A stretch of DNA of 63,747 nucleotides, filler included, from Hausera hauseri (GCA_046269625.1; 11 parts of 11 records of this genome joined end to end with filler, not necessarily neighbours in it); one strand, 5' to 3'. Numbered from the whole stretch's first letter, positions 12,532 through 26,327 are shown. Numbers and translations: made by a program. Notes: generated from the letters alone by a model not told the origin.

Positions 12532-14079
12532 GTGAAAGATCTTCCTTTTCTTACGATATTCTATGTAAGTAGTAGGAAAAAAGGACATGGCGCCATACCC
12601 CCCCCAAAGGGAAAGAAAGAATTGAGCATGGNNNNNNNNNNNNNNNNNNNNNNNNNNNNNNNNNNNNNNNNNNNNTTAATTAATTAANNNNNNNNNNNNN
12701 NNNNNNNNNNNNNNNNNNNNNNNNNNNNNNNCGATCTTATCTAGTGATTTAATTGCGTTTAAATCTTCCGAAATCGGTACGATCTACAAGTTCGTAAGTT
12801 GTAAATTAATTTGACCCGTTATGTAATTGCATCCTATGGTTACGACCAAACGGCTCACCGTTCATGAGTAATAAAAAGTTGTTTTTAAGAGTAAGTTTGG
12901 CCCGGAGATGTTGACAGAATTGGTGGAGGTAGAGGTTCTTTTGGTCAATTGTATTGCTGTGAAATCATTACCTACGAATGTAGTTGGCGATACTAACAAA
13001 TTTCATTTAGTTATTCAAATAATATTAATTGGAATTTCATGCGTGAATAGTCGATTGTATGGACCATTGTATACGGTGGTTGCGTTCGATGGAAAAGTTA
13101 TAAATGTGGAATACAATTGCCGATGCTCGACGGGGATGGGAGATTCCAAAATACAAACTCAGAACAAGGTTGTCACTACGATAGGGTACTCTGATAAGTT
13201 ACAACAACCGCTGGTCGAGCGTCAATTAACAGTGTTCATTATTAATTGCAATTATAGAAAAGTGCAATTCGGAATGTTAGAAACTTTGAGAAAGAGTAAA
13301 CGGGGAAAAATCAAAATGTGGAAGTTATCGACAACCTTTCAAACGAATTTGGATTCATATGGTTCAGCGATATTTGAAAAGGAACCCTAAGAATGGGTGT
13401 TGTAGGACAATATGGAGTGAATAGATATGATACATTTGGTAATAACAGAATCAGGATCGCATCTGTATGGGACCAGGAAACTTAGTATGATCACCATATA
13501 CCATCTCATTGTAAGGAGACTGATGACTGGAAGGTCAAGAATCGGTATTTGATTGTCAAATTTGAAGTGAATCAGTGCGTTAGTTGGACAAAAACAACTT
13601 AGAAGCGGAGTGTCAAATTTGTAAGAAAAAGACTGACAGTTTCAGAAAATGACTGACCATAGTGACCTCATACGAGAACGAGTGGACTAGCTGACCGACG
13701 ATGAAAGTAATTTATGCCATCAATGTTTTTGAATGCAGTCACATAACAGGCAACTAAAACATGAGAAGAAATTGGTGGAAAAAAGAGCTCGCAATCAGAA
13801 ATAGCCCGGGTGTAAAATGTAGTTGAAAAGTAAAAGGTCGAATAAACTAGAAAATTAATTAAAGTTGTTAGAGAGACAAGTTCGGACAATCGGTAAACGA
13901 GGAAGGATGTCGAATAAAACTCGTTTCACAGAAGTTGATACCCGTTACAACAATATATCATTGCAAATTGAAATGGTTCTGCAGTAAGGAGATTTTTAGC
14001 GTGCGATTTTTTTCTGTTCGGATCAGAGAACAAGAGAAATGTACAGCAAGTGCGGACCGTACCAGGCATAAGGCAGGAA

Positions 14080-14245
14080 AATGTGCACATCAACGAGAGA
14101 ACAGGAAACGCTCTGAGCTAAACGATATTGGAGATGGGCCTGAAGTCATTACTGATGATCGTCGTACGCAGTTTGTCAGAGAAGGATCCGAAACAGTCCA
14201 GCATATGCACAGGCAATTCAATGGTTTGGTTCTTCTAGAAAATGC
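14080..14245 (+). mobile_element. Highly degenerate retroviral-type integrase core remnant
   Basis: GPEVITDDRRTQF...HRQFNGLV resembles GxPexIvTDnGtQF...HPQsNGlvE. Confidence 0.35.
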
Positions 14246-14818
14246 TAAAACGGCAAGAAGGTATTGCGAAAGTGGATGTGCTACCTGTCAAAAAAGAGTC
14301 CTTATTCAGCTCGTAAAATTGATTTGTAGTCGCTTACCTCCTTCCTTACGAAACAAATAAATGATTTTATGCAAACAAACATCCGTTTCTTTGTTTTATT
14401 TCGTTGTTTGGAGGGCATCAAAAGGAGCTCTGCACCGGGCAGCATATACCCTAGCTACGCCACTGTTCTGAGGGCCATTGCGATATTTCGAGTCGTATTC
14501 AATGAAAATTTGAATTTTGATTGGTAAATGAAAGTTATGAGTCATCATGGGAATTTAAAATATATTCATCACGATATTATATAACAAAGAATGTACATTA
14601 GTCGGAAATGGACAAAGGAAAATAAATATGGCCTGCTGTACAAACAAACCACTATACAATTGGCCTGTCATTCAACATGTTGAACATGTCGAGTAATTGT
14701 GAACATTCAACAGTACTTTGCAAATAAAACACAACTCAGTCCATTGGGTAATTATACTTGACCAGCTAGTCGAATTTCTCCAATACATTTGCCATATTTC
14801 TGTCAATTGAACAAGTTC

Positions 14819-16141
14819 ATGGATCAATTGTCTGATGAAGAACCACAAAAATCCTGTTGGGAAATGACATTATGGCACTGGCTGATCACCATGGGAACTG
14901 TTGTGGGTATTTTATTGCAGAGTGTTTTGAGTCAGAGTTTTGGTGTTCTCATTGCCCATTTTACATCGGTTTCGTCGAATTCCACTGAGAAAATACCCGC
15001 TACTTTGTTCCAATTAAATTGGTTACCAGTTCTTGCCAGTTCGTTCCCCTACATTCTTCTGCCATTGTTCAGTTGTTTTGTAAAAAAGTTCCAAAAATAT
15101 CATCAGATTTCGTCAATTGTTGCATTCATTGTGATAGGATTGAGTGGAATCTTGAGTGCCATTGTCGATAAATGGCCATTGTTGTTCGTCACGTTTAGTG
15201 TTATGTCATCTGTTGGATGTTCCATTCATCTGGCAGTCGTAGTGAAAATTGTTGCCGAATATTTCCCTCCTCATCATAAACGACATGTATTTGCTACAAC
15301 TCTCTATCAAACGGGCTACCCCACGGCATCAATAATTGGTAACCCATTAATGGCTGTGCTTATTAGACAATATGGATGGAGATCAGTAATGTTTATGGGA
15401 ATAGTCCAGTTCATTATAGGTATATTCGTTGCCCTCCTTATGAAACCCATAGCTAATAAACAGGATGAGAAGGACCCAGACACGGAACAAAATCAGAGTG
15501 AACCCAGTCTAATTTCATCGATCATCAATGCCCTAATGCAGTACCAAATGTGGACATGGGTAATGGGGAAATATATCAATTATTTATGCTGGTATGCATT
15601 GCGCACTAACATCATTGCATTTTTCGTCCACTTCACGAAATTTGGATTACGCCAATCGGCATTTCTTTTATCGCAGTACGCCATATGCAAAATTGGGTTG
15701 GCCATTGTAGGATCATTTCTTGGAGATCGATTACGTGGTTGGCTAATTCATCTACATGTTGTTGCTACCATAGTAATGGCTATGTTGACTGGGATATTCC
15801 CCTTTGTACTGACCAATTACGGTAGTGCTGTTGTTATGATGCTAACTGTCGGCACCATGATGCAGTTGTCCATCAGTTTTGGGTACCCAGCATCCGTGGA
15901 AGTATTACGAAATGAGATCGATATGAAAACTGGATGGATCATTACAAATTTTGTAGCCGGGATGGGAATATTAACTAGTCCATTTATCAGTGGAATTCTC
16001 ATGGACAAGTTCCCTATTTCGTCACTGTTTTATGCACAATGCATAGGATGGACTATTCAGTCTCTTCTCTACCTGATGACTATCATTTTTGTTAGAATCG
16101 ATGTTCGATTTTCACGTCCAGGTTACAAATCTATAAATTAA
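14819..16141 (+). CDS. Major facilitator superfamily transporter, monocarboxylate transporter (SLC16)-like; intronless and intact
   Basis: Open 440-aa frame from the first ATG (14819) with many hydrophobic segments in two halves; SFGV, EYFP..R..AT, YGWR, GSFLGDR, ISGILMD motifs. Confidence 0.85.
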   Translation: MDQLSDEEPQKSCWEMTLWHWLITMGTVVGILLQSVLSQSFGVLIAHFTSVSSNSTEKIPATLFQLNWLPVLASSFPYILLPLFSCFVKKFQKYHQISSIVAFIVIGLSGILSAIVDKWPLLFVTFSVMSSVGCSIHLAVVVKIVAEYFPPHHKRHVFATTLYQTGYPTASIIGNPLMAVLIRQYGWRSVMFMGIVQFIIGIFVALLMKPIANKQDEKDPDTEQNQSEPSLISSIINALMQYQMWTWVMGKYINYLCWYALRTNIIAFFVHFTKFGLRQSAFLLSQYAICKIGLAIVGSFLGDRLRGWLIHLHVVATIVMAMLTGIFPFVLTNYGSAVVMMLTVGTMMQLSISFGYPASVEVLRNEIDMKTGWIITNFVAGMGILTSPFISGILMDKFPISSLFYAQCIGWTIQSLLYLMTIIFVRIDVRFSRPGYKSIN

Positions 16142-18251
16142 CAGTCATGGAAACGACTAACTTATAAATGGGTCGATTGACAAATTGATTTTTGGTGATT
16201 TAGACAAGACAAACTTAGGACCAAATAAATGTTGAAAATTTTGATGATTGTAAAATAGAATTTATCCATAAAATATTTATTATAAAAGTTTTATATAACA
16301 TTCATCTCCTTCATTCGGGAAATGAGTCTTACTTCCCTTTTTTGAATTTCCTGACTTTGTTGCCTGTTTACTGAGTTACCTTTGAATTAAATTTAAACGT
16401 TAATATCCGTTTCAATTCCTCCTCACATGTACAACTTTTGAAATTTCAATTCAATTTTTAAATTTAAAATTTATCCATGATTAAATATCGATTTTAAATT
16501 TAAATCAAAATTGCTCCATATTTAGGACCATATTTAGTTTGTTTGTTTGGTATATTTTGAACATGTGGCCATCTACATTTAAAGGGATATCATAGAACCT
16601 CTGAATATTGATTGGTCTGTGATACCCACCGTACCTTGAAGCCGAGTGCGTTGTTTTAGCCGGGACCCGTTAGCTTCCATAGGAGAATATTGCTGTTGGA
16701 CGGTCTTATACAAATTTCTCTGCTATAAATGCATGACCTGTTCTGACGACAATGTTTATTTGACGTAAATCGGGTAAATAGCCTTTTGATTTTATTCGGC
16801 GTATCATACGACCAAATGCATTTAAACATAGCCACCACAGGCGTTATGAATGTTCATTTATCGATGTTGACTTCTGATTTCAATGACTGCGATAATTGTC
16901 ATGAGGATTTTTAAATCAATTTCCACGAATTCGGTCTGCAATTTTGGATGAACCGAAAGAACCACAAAAAATATGTATCAAAAATACAATATCGTTCCAT
17001 TCAATGTTCCAAAGTACATTCATTGTATTCCTCATATTCTTTCTTCCTCAGACTGTCCGTCACCAATCTGTAAAGAATCCAAAACCGCCGAAAATCGTGC
17101 TAAACACAAATATTCCAAAGTTTATTTCACCGACTTAAAAACCGATTCCGAAATATTTCGTAAGTCTTTCCAAAAGTCTAAAATATCCAAACCGAACAAC
17201 AAGACCACAGATAATTTATTTTCTACTAGTCTGGACTGTATGAATCTCTCGTTGAACACCAAACCGGATATTTACAGCAGTATGTTTTGCATTCCATCGA
17301 GTCAAATTAAATCGGAAGAGCTGTGGCAATTTTCAGAAGCATGTACCTTGTCAGTCAACGAAAGCAAAAAAATAAAAAAGGCAGCAGGAGTATAAATCCT
17401 TCATACAACGTACCAAATGATATTAACGAATCAGAATGCTCGAATTTTCGACAATGGCTTCACGAACCTCCTACCGAACATCGACTGATTGTTTAATGGA
17501 AAATATATCCAACAGTAGTCAACAATCAGCAAATACTAGTCAAACTGATTGTAATACATCCATTATGAGTTACATCAAGTTCTTTATTACATCTGAAAAA
17601 ACACAATGGTGATACGAATCAACTTAAACATTCTGTTACGTAAAACTTCCCTTGCTCAGAGGAAGTGAAAAGTACGGAGGAAAAAATAAGCTACCCAAAA
17701 TTAATATACACGGGAAAAAAAAAACGACTTGTGCATCTGTAAGAGACGGAGAAGAGGAGTGAGGCGCCATCTTCTGACAATCAGTTGAAGTATTTCTGTG
17801 GAGGGTCAGGATATCTGGATGAACCTATAAAATATAATCCAAACAGAGATTGAGGTGAATGTAAATTAAAGCTGCGACGTTCTATGAATCTCCATTTATA
17901 ATCAAGACTGCCTAGCAATGTATACTAATTTCCAGGAACCAAGTTTTATTATTTACATTACGTCGTGGGACTAAAGATAACAGTGACGTTTTGATAGGAA
18001 AAAAGTTTTACTTGAAAACTNNNNNNNNNNNNNNNNNNNNNNNNNNNNNNNNNNNNNNNNNNNNTTAATTAATTAANNNNNNNNNNNNNNNNNNNNNNNN
18101 NNNNNNNNNNNNNNNNNNNNCACATCGGATGAAAAGTCCAATTTTTCACCAATTATAACATGTCCACCTAGACATAGACGTTTTGAGTGTACATTGACTT
18201 ATTGAAAACCCCATACCTGAGCATCAGCTATAGATTTAAACTGCATTAGCT

Positions 18252-18565
18252 TCATACGGTAGTTTGAAAAATAAGCATAAATCGAGAAATGTCGCGATAA
18301 ATGTGAAGAATATATCGGTTATTGTGTAGGATTGTCCGAAAACGACTTGAAATAGGGTACTTTTCTTGTCGGGTAAAGTAAATACCACTGTTCTGACTTA
18401 TTGTCATTGCTGAAAATGTAAATGTTAATTCCGTCAAAGCCACTTTCGAGGCTCCGTGGCGTAAATCGACCGGTTGGTCTAAGTGCATGGTAAACTGTTT
18501 AGCGGTATTGTAATTGTCATAATGTTGTGATAATGATTTGTTACTATTAGGTACCAAGTAAATGC
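18252..18565 (-). pseudogene. Polinton/adintovirus minor capsid (penton)-like N-terminus
   Basis: IYLVPNSNKSLSQHYDNYNTAKQFTMHLDQPVDL..KVALTELTF fits the FYlxLxSN..NT..FT..L..PI.L..eVAL.E pattern; lies directly downstream of the integrase. Confidence 0.65.
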
Positions 18566-18567
18566 TG

Positions 18568-19620
18568 TTATTTGAATCTGTGATGCAAAAATCCAACTCG
18601 GTCCATTGTATCCGTGCCACGTGAGGATATATTGTTTATTCGAACCTTTGCCATGTGAACGTATAATTTCCTGAATATGATATACATCGGGTTTCTCAAG
18701 CAGTACCTGCAGTTCCTGTTCGTAGAATTTACCGTGTATTTCTTCACCGTTTTCATCCTCTAAAACGTACATGAGAGTTGTTTGTTTTGTATTGATTGCC
18801 AAAATGCGGAAAACCTCGTCAGTCCAGTTTTGACTCAAATTCTTAATGAATGACGTCGTACTTATTTTCGAAATACGTACGTAAGCACCGATTTTATATT
18901 TTGGACGTTTAATTGCCTGTCGTTGTCGGTTTTGATAAAGCCACATGTTTAAATTTTCGATTAAATCAATCAACCGTAATCCATTGATGGCACGATGTGT
19001 CTAATGATTGTATGCATGAATAATATCCGGCAGTACATCCACCCAGCGTTTGTTGCCTTGCTTTGTAAAGATTTTGTTTAGGCGAACTCGAAATGTTTGA
19101 TTAAATTGTTCAACGAGTGCAGTCTTGTATTGGGAAAGCACTGAAAGAAGTTTACGCCGAACCGTTTCAAGACCACTGCAACGTGTGCGTTGTAAAATCC
19201 CTTACCCAAATCCGTTTGCAAATGCTTTGGCTGTTGTTGTATCAGTGTCTGAACAGAGTCGAAAATCTCTTTACCGGATGTAGATTTCACGGCAACTGCT
19301 CGTACAAAACGACCAAATACATCAATACATGTCAGCACGCACTGATACCCATCGTTAATACTGGCGTACGGAATCATTTCCATCAGATACATTTGGCATA
19401 CATTATTTACACCGGCAGCACGGTATACACGAGTTGGAAACCGCCTTCTTATAGGTTTGTTAAGGCTGTATTCTGTTTCCCGAACCAACGTTGGGTCTGT
19501 TGCCGAGTCTGTTTGACAGTCTTTGCAAATTTGTCGACGTCAGTATACCCGATGGGATGACGCGGATAGAACCACACGTTGCCCGTCGTTGTTGTCGATG
19601 GTGTCGATTTTGCTTGCATT
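18568..19620 (-). pseudogene. Polinton-type retroviral-like integrase with C-terminal chromodomain
   Basis: YSLNKPIRRRFPTR, LTCIDVFGRF, LQTDLGKGFYN, KYKIGAYVRISK..NWTDEVFRI..GKFYEQELQ, chromodomain YHIQEII..QYILTWHGY..SWI. Confidence 0.88.
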
Positions 19621-19831
19621 ACAACAATTTGAACGAAACGTAAATAAAATATTCGGTAAAGTGAGACAGAAAGATAAAAACCATACACTTATATCGCAAA
19701 TCACCATGTACATACCGTCATTGTTTATACTAAATTGTTCCACCAATGAGTGCACCCAGTAATGGCATGACAACCGGTAGAATTGCACCAAGGAATCCTC
19801 CGTCTTGCTGGTACATGACCTCTCGTTTTAG

Positions 19832-20017
19832 TCATTTACTACAAGCGTTGGCAAGGCCAATGAGTCGTTTTAAATACTTTAGTAAAATCCACTTTCCACT
19901 ACCAACGTCAACATGACACACAACGACATTGTACAAAATTTCCATAGAATCGTCTACTACAAACTGTAGGAATGATAGTAGCATGTTTCGCTTATGTCTC
20001 GTAGGTGCCTTGAGCAA
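19832..20017 (-). CDS. Small basic Polinton-associated ORF (possibly partial)
   Basis: EILYNVV..HVDV..LLKYLKRLIGL resembles small conserved ORFs recalled near Polinton integrases; positional support. Confidence 0.4.
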   Translation of the reverse strand: MLKAPTRHKRNMLLSFLQFVVDDSMEILYNVVVCHVDVGSGKWILLKYLKRLIGLANACSK

Positions 20018-20106
20018 AGCAATAAAGTGCGGCTGACTACATTTGAATCGCTTTTTAGGACGTATTGGTGCTGATGAGACTCAATTATATTGATCCTGTT
20101 CCTGTC

Positions 20107-22161
20107 GCCGAACATTTGCCTGTAACGTGCCAAATAGCGATACTGCAGCTCATATATCCGCAACTTGCTCAGGTCAAATACCACTTGTTCCATGTAACTT
20201 GGCCGGTCCAAAACGACTTCTTCACTATTTAACAACACCGAAACCAATCCATCGGCAATGTGCATTGACCGCCAAAACTGCGCCTTACTCGTTTACGTGG
20301 CCAACCGATTTTCGATATTGCATAGGCGTACATTGAGCCGCCATTTCAGATTCTTCACTGTTTTTCCGTACAGGGAAATGTTTTTCAGTTGTAGTAGTCC
20401 TTTTCGAACTTTGTAAAAGCTGCGGCTCGTTTCTGCGAATTTCCATCTATGTGCGCCTTGAATATGGCAGTCTGAGCAAATCGGATTGCGCGATGTAGCC
20501 GTGTAACGCGTACACCCAACTGCATGTAAAATTGCAACAGATGCCAATGAACTATGTAATTTTGCTTGGGTTCATGCGTCATTAGCAGCTTTCTCACCTA
20601 CGAGCCCAGCGGACATTGGCTAACTGGTGCGACCGGAATTCATTTAAAAAGTCATGCAGCTCATCTGGTACCACAAGATCGACCTCCATCAGGTATCCGA
20701 TTGAGCTGCTTTCTGCTGTTGTCGTGTCTGCTCTCGGCAGATTTTCCAGTATTGTGTCCAGGTCCTGTTTGATGACTACCCATTCGAATGAACCATACGG
20801 CAAGGGTTGTGATAGCACCCGGCCGTAGAGGTGATTAATGTCGATATACAAGAGTGATGTGGTATCATCACTGGTTACGTGATGCTTGTTCACAAATGTC
20901 ATGCCGCCACGAATACCAACATCAAACATTCTGTACATTTCCGGGTCTTCCAATAGCTCGACATGCCAATCCAGTGACATCAGAGCTAATGCCCAACTCA
21001 TTCCTAGTATTGAGTAAAAGTTGAGTGGCTCCAGCCTATCTTTAGCCAACACTTTTGCTCGAAACGCCTGGAACACATCTGCTAATAAGTACACGTGCAG
21101 TTTAAGATACTGAAGCATGTAGTCCAACATGTTTATACAGCCGAGGTGTGTCCAAGATTCTTGTGCTGTCTGATATTCAAGTTCTATGATGCCTGTCCAT
21201 CTCGGCGGTAATTCCTCTGCTGTCCGGAGTCGCTCATATGATATTGCAAAGTCAAATGAAAATATGCCTTTGCTGCGTGCAATATGTGTGGAGAACTGCC
21301 TTGAGATTATCGGCATATCCGTCCATGCATTTACCAACTTCGCCAATGATTCATTGAGAAATTGCGATGAATCGAGGAAGTGTACCTGGAACCGGCTTTA
21401 TACGTGCTAACAAGAACAAGTACTTCCCATTGTTGTTGGGATTACTGGCAGTTACCAGTGCGTAAATACGTTTATGGCCCATTTCAGTATATGGTGACAA
21501 TCATAACCTCGAAAATTATAAAAGATCACCGGTAGGAACGGGCGCACCAGCCCTGTTAAATTGCATGCGTTGCATGCTGCTCCCAGGTATCGACCGGTGA
21601 AATGATCATGGTCCGGTACGAGCCGTTCCTGTGCATCAGAAGGCAATATTTTGTGGCAGAGATAACATTCATCGGTGGCAGCGAAAAATAGCGGTTCATA
21701 ATTGTCTGTCCATATCAAGGGTTTAGTGCTATTGTTACTGTACCACAGTGCGATTTCCGTTTCCACTATCGTTTCCAACTGTTGCAGGAAATCGTGTATA
21801 AAGTTCCAGCCATGAAATACGCAATATGGCTTTTCTTAGAACAGCCAACATACCGACGGCGATTGGAATGTGATTTTGGTCGTATAAGTTGTGCCGCGGC
21901 AGGATTGCCTCTATATCGGCATATACCACATGCCGGACTGTCTGTTTTCGATCAGTCACTGAATCTCAGCTGTTTTTTAACAGGCATGACGCATGTTGTT
22001 TTCCCTGATGAATTTTGTCTGCACAGCGCCACATGTTCTCAAATGTCGTTTCTGACCTGAAACCATGCAGACATATAAGGCACCATTTACAATTTATACG
22101 CTTTTTGATGAGTCTCGGTATGAATGAACGTCCAGACAAGTAAATTATGTCTCTCGTCTTG
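20107..22161 (-). pseudogene. Protein-primed PolB, second element, truncated before motif C
   Basis: VYADIEAIL, DHDHFTGRYLGAACNACN, FYNFRGYDCH, KGIFSFD, GIRGGMT, LYIDINHLYG (motif A), YLMEVDL, KNISLYGKT (motif B), VFDLSKLRIY; similarity to 62156-63747 stops near 20107. Confidence 0.92.
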
Positions 22162-22252
22162 NNNNNNNNNNCACTTTGCAGTGGTGTTGTTGTTGGAATT
22201 TGGCCACCTCTGATTCCAACTGGTTATGCACATTAGCGGGTACATCCTTCAG

Positions 22253-22873
22253 TTACGTTGCTGTTTTCGCCGACATGTCCACCTTTATGTTTACGTACCA
22301 TCTGTTCAGGTCGTACCTGACAGTAATGGGCAGTTCACGTTCCTGCTGCTGCTGCTGCTGTTTCTGACGTCTGTTGTTTTGAAAGTATTCGTCAAGGCTT
22401 GTTGATGCTTGACCTTTCCTGCTGCTTCTTGCTGCATCCATTAATATTTCCTTTTCGGACATCTGAAACTGGTTCAAGTGGTCCTTGTGAATGTTGTAGA
22501 ATTGTTCATAGTTATTTTCATCAACTATAGAACAACCGGGACAAACGTAGGCCCATTTACCGTGCACCGTTGTGGCGCCATAATACTGCTCCATTACACT
22601 ATGGCAACCATCAGTGTCATGCACTCTACTACTACTACAATATCGCGGATATGTGGGGCAATGCACAACCATCATCTTCTTGGGCCGCGTAAAGGGACCG
22701 AGATGATACTTGTGCATCTCATAAAAGTCGGCGTAGGGAAATGTGTTTTGAATAAAACACACGGGACACATGTACGTGTCCTTGGCCACTGAATAATATT
22801 TGGCCATTTCCTTGTGGCATTGTCCACCCTAATGTATGCAGGAGACGCAATACATGGGATATTGCGAATGGTA
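22253..22873 (-). CDS. Tandem Cys/His-repeat protein or domain upstream of pPolB (open at the contig end)
   Basis: Two units about 75 aa long: YPxYCxS..H..CHxxMxxYY...YxCPxC-x7-YxxFYxxHKxHL. Confidence 0.7.
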
Positions 22874-23070
22874 NNNNNNNNNNNNNNNNNNNNNNNNNNN
22901 NNNNNNNNNNNNNNNNNTTAATTAATTAANNNNNNNNNNNNNNNNNNNNNNNNNNNNNNNNNNNNNNNNNNNNAGACTAAATGAAATCAAGCCATCACCA
23001 AAGCAATACTGTTACTCCAAACCCCCCCCACCCCGCCGCCGCCGATGTCGCCATTACCACCACCTTACTG

Positions 23071-26000
23071 TCAATCAGTTAATTTATTCTTAGACCAACT
23101 GAGATTACGTAACAAGAGCGGTGCATGTAGAATATTGTCATCAGATGATAACGATGATTCATCAGGACGATGACGCAGGGTCGACAGGAACGTACTGGAC
23201 ATCAATTTACCGCCACCAGCAGCAGCTGCCTATTCATCAGCAAATTGTATCGTCATTAACAACGCCATATTCTCAAACATAACAACACACAATTTACTCA
23301 CCCATCGTGAACGAGCCAATAATTGCTGATATTGTCCACCGATTGTGTCCCGCAGTTCCCCAATTTCCATCTGCTGTGCCGCACACAATTGTTCCAGTTC
23401 CTTCACTTTCACCGTCTGTTCAATACCGGCTGCTGCCTCTCGACCAATGAGCAATTCGTACTGCTGATACAGCGTATCGTAATCTTGTCGTTTACGGATC
23501 ATTTCTTCTTCGATTTCCTGCACTCGTTGTCGTAATTGCTGACTCTCCTTGAATAACTGTCCGTATTCATTGTGACTGACACGTTGCACAGTGTCTTTAC
23601 GCAATTCGTGTTCTTCTAATCGTACTGGAATGGAAATTGGAAATCAAATTGTCAATGAGAATAATCGCATTATTTTACATTTCAATTCGGTAACGGTGTC
23701 TGTTAATGATGCAGCTTTCTGTTCCAGTTCAGACCGTTCTCCTGTAAAGGGATACATAAAGCAGAGAGAGAGAGATAATCAATTTCTCATTAGGCAATGA
23801 CGTATAACAACAAACACAAACAGAAAGAAACCAAACAAACAAACAATTTACTATGCAATCGTGTCACTTGTAATCCTAAATCGTCAACAAAAACACGTTC
23901 ACCAAGACGACGTGCTGTATACAAATAAACATGACAAACAGACAAAATCAATAACTCACCTTGCAATTGCAATAATTCCATACGTAACCCATCAGTCGAT
24001 TGTTTCTCTGCATCCAACTGATCTACAACACGTCAATTCATTCATTCATTCATCCAACAATCAATCAATAATGTTACCCCGTACATCAGCGCACTGCTGC
24101 TCTAACGCAACGACATCCAAATCGGTCTGTACGTCAATCTCTGCACCATCCCTCACACCGTCCTGCTGTACTGCACAATCAATTCCAATCACCAAATCAG
24201 TCTGTATTGCTGCACATGACTGCACAGACTCCAGCCCATCATCAACTGCATTGATGACGTCATCGAGATTATCCATAGCCGATTGTTCATCGTCAATTCT
24301 ATTCGATTCTACCGACGCATCGCAAATACGACCAGGAATTTGTCCAATTGCTGATCGAGTCTGCAATTGACATGCGGTTATCTGATTAACCAACGTATCG
24401 ATATCGCTCAACGGACGGCCAATTGATTGTTCCATACGTTTGATTTCCTCTACAGAATCAGACGAGTTTGAGAGGCATTCAAATCAAATACCTTTGAGTA
24501 ATTCGGTCAATTCCAATCCATTACGAATTTGCCGATGAGACTCAATAAACAGCATAGCTAATTCTGATGTCGTACCAATAACTAATGAATCGAAATCAAT
24601 TTCACACGTTGTCATGGAATCTATATCGAATGTATAACAAAAACAATGACGACGACAAACTCACGCTGCAATTTCTGTAATTGCCGCATGGAATCAATAT
24701 CCGACAGCAGCGCACGACCCAATTCGCATTCCAAATGCCGAACAGATGACGACAAAACAGTCTGTCGTTGAGCCGATTTATCCAACAAATCTAAATCAAA
24801 TAAAAACATGCACATTGTCAATAATCGATGATATAAGGCCATCAAACAACGCATGAGAAACGACAACAACGCTACCTCGATAAACCCCCATTGCCGCCTC
24901 TGTATTACGCAACTCATCTAAACGGCCAATGACAAAATGACACCACACAAACCCAATAGAAATCGACACAACGAAAATATTTACCCGAATTACGTTCACG
25001 ATTGTCCATCAATTCTGCCTCAGTAGACTCCAGTCGAGCACGAAGTTCACACGCCTCTGCAGCTAGTCGATTGTACTGATTAATCCATTCCTCTTTCTCG
25101 TTAGCACATCGACTCATTTCTGATTTGTATTCAGTCTGTGCATCCAACAAACGTTTCTGCAATACGTCCACCTCGTCTTTCCCATTAGCTAATCGATCTG
25201 AGATATTCCCATGCTCCTTTTGTAGCGTCTCAAATGCCGCCCGTAATTGACTACATTCCTCCTCACTAGCGCCCAACGATTGTTCCAGATCGACAACCCG
25301 CTGCAGAACCTCCGCCTTATCCTGAATGAGTCCCTCCAACAGCATTTTACTCTCCCTCTCCAGTCCGTATCGCTGTTCAAGAACACGACGCAAATCCATC
25401 GCCAACGAATCGGGATCGTCAGTTTTCGCAAATAAATCCACTTGTTCCTGGAGCATTTCCAATTTCTCCATTAGCCGATCCTGATTCAAAATGACTTTCC
25501 AGCTGCAATCGGATGCCTCTTGTGTGTCCATTATCAATTGACTGAGACTATTTAATTTCTTTTCCAGCGTCTGTTCGCGATGAGATGCCTCTTGAATGTA
25601 CTGCGCCAACTGATAGATTTGCTCTTCGTAATAATTCGATATCGGGATGCCTCCTGCAGGCATTCCTGCAACATCTTGACTGAATCTATTCAACAATTAG
25701 TCATTGATAATTCAATAATAACACTCACTGTCGACGTAATTCACAGCCATCAGCCAGAAAGACGGAGACTTGTGCAATAATGCAGCCATGTGTTGCTGCA
25801 TTTACAATTAATAATTTCTGTAATAATCCACGAAACAATCAAAAAAACCAACTTGTATTCTCGACAACTTCAACACCAAATTGAACAATATCCCCTGAGT
25901 AAATCTCACGTGGCGGACTGTCCTCCGTTCCCTTTGACAGCAGCTGATTGTTCACAAACGTCCCGTTGCTGCTCTTCGTGTCCCGCAGCCAGACTTTGCC

Positions 26001-26327
26001 GCTGTCAAACCAAATAATTGCGTGGTTACGTGACAGCACTTTACAGTCGAAAATGGCGTTGGAATCCGATGGACGAGCTCGTGCCACTGATCGGCCGACT
26101 TTGATCGTATCGTTGAGAACAACGCGCCGTTCGTTGAAACTATGCGAGTCCGGCTGTTGGGTGAGAACTAGAACGGGGAATTCCATATTTTCTTCGGGTG
26201 GAATGCTCGCTGAGGACGATGAGGATGAATCGGATAGAACGGTTTGAACTGACGATGACAAGGAAGAATTGCGGACGTGGAGCATGGAACTCGGAATTTG
26301 GTAGTAATTATTGTTAGATTCGGTCAT
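23071..26327 (-). CDS. SLMAP: Sarcolemmal membrane-associated protein (FHA domain + long coiled coil), multi-exon; 3' end approximate
   Basis: [53 protein letters not shown]; THGCII; [34 protein letters not shown] introns 25852-25796 (57 nt) and 25728-25686 (43 nt) keep the frame. Confidence 0.92.

Noticed and set aside
12908-13620. 160-aa ORF, or a Penelope-like RT remnant on the minus strand (IPILD, VPY)
   Set aside because: Motifs are too short and degraded to support a call.
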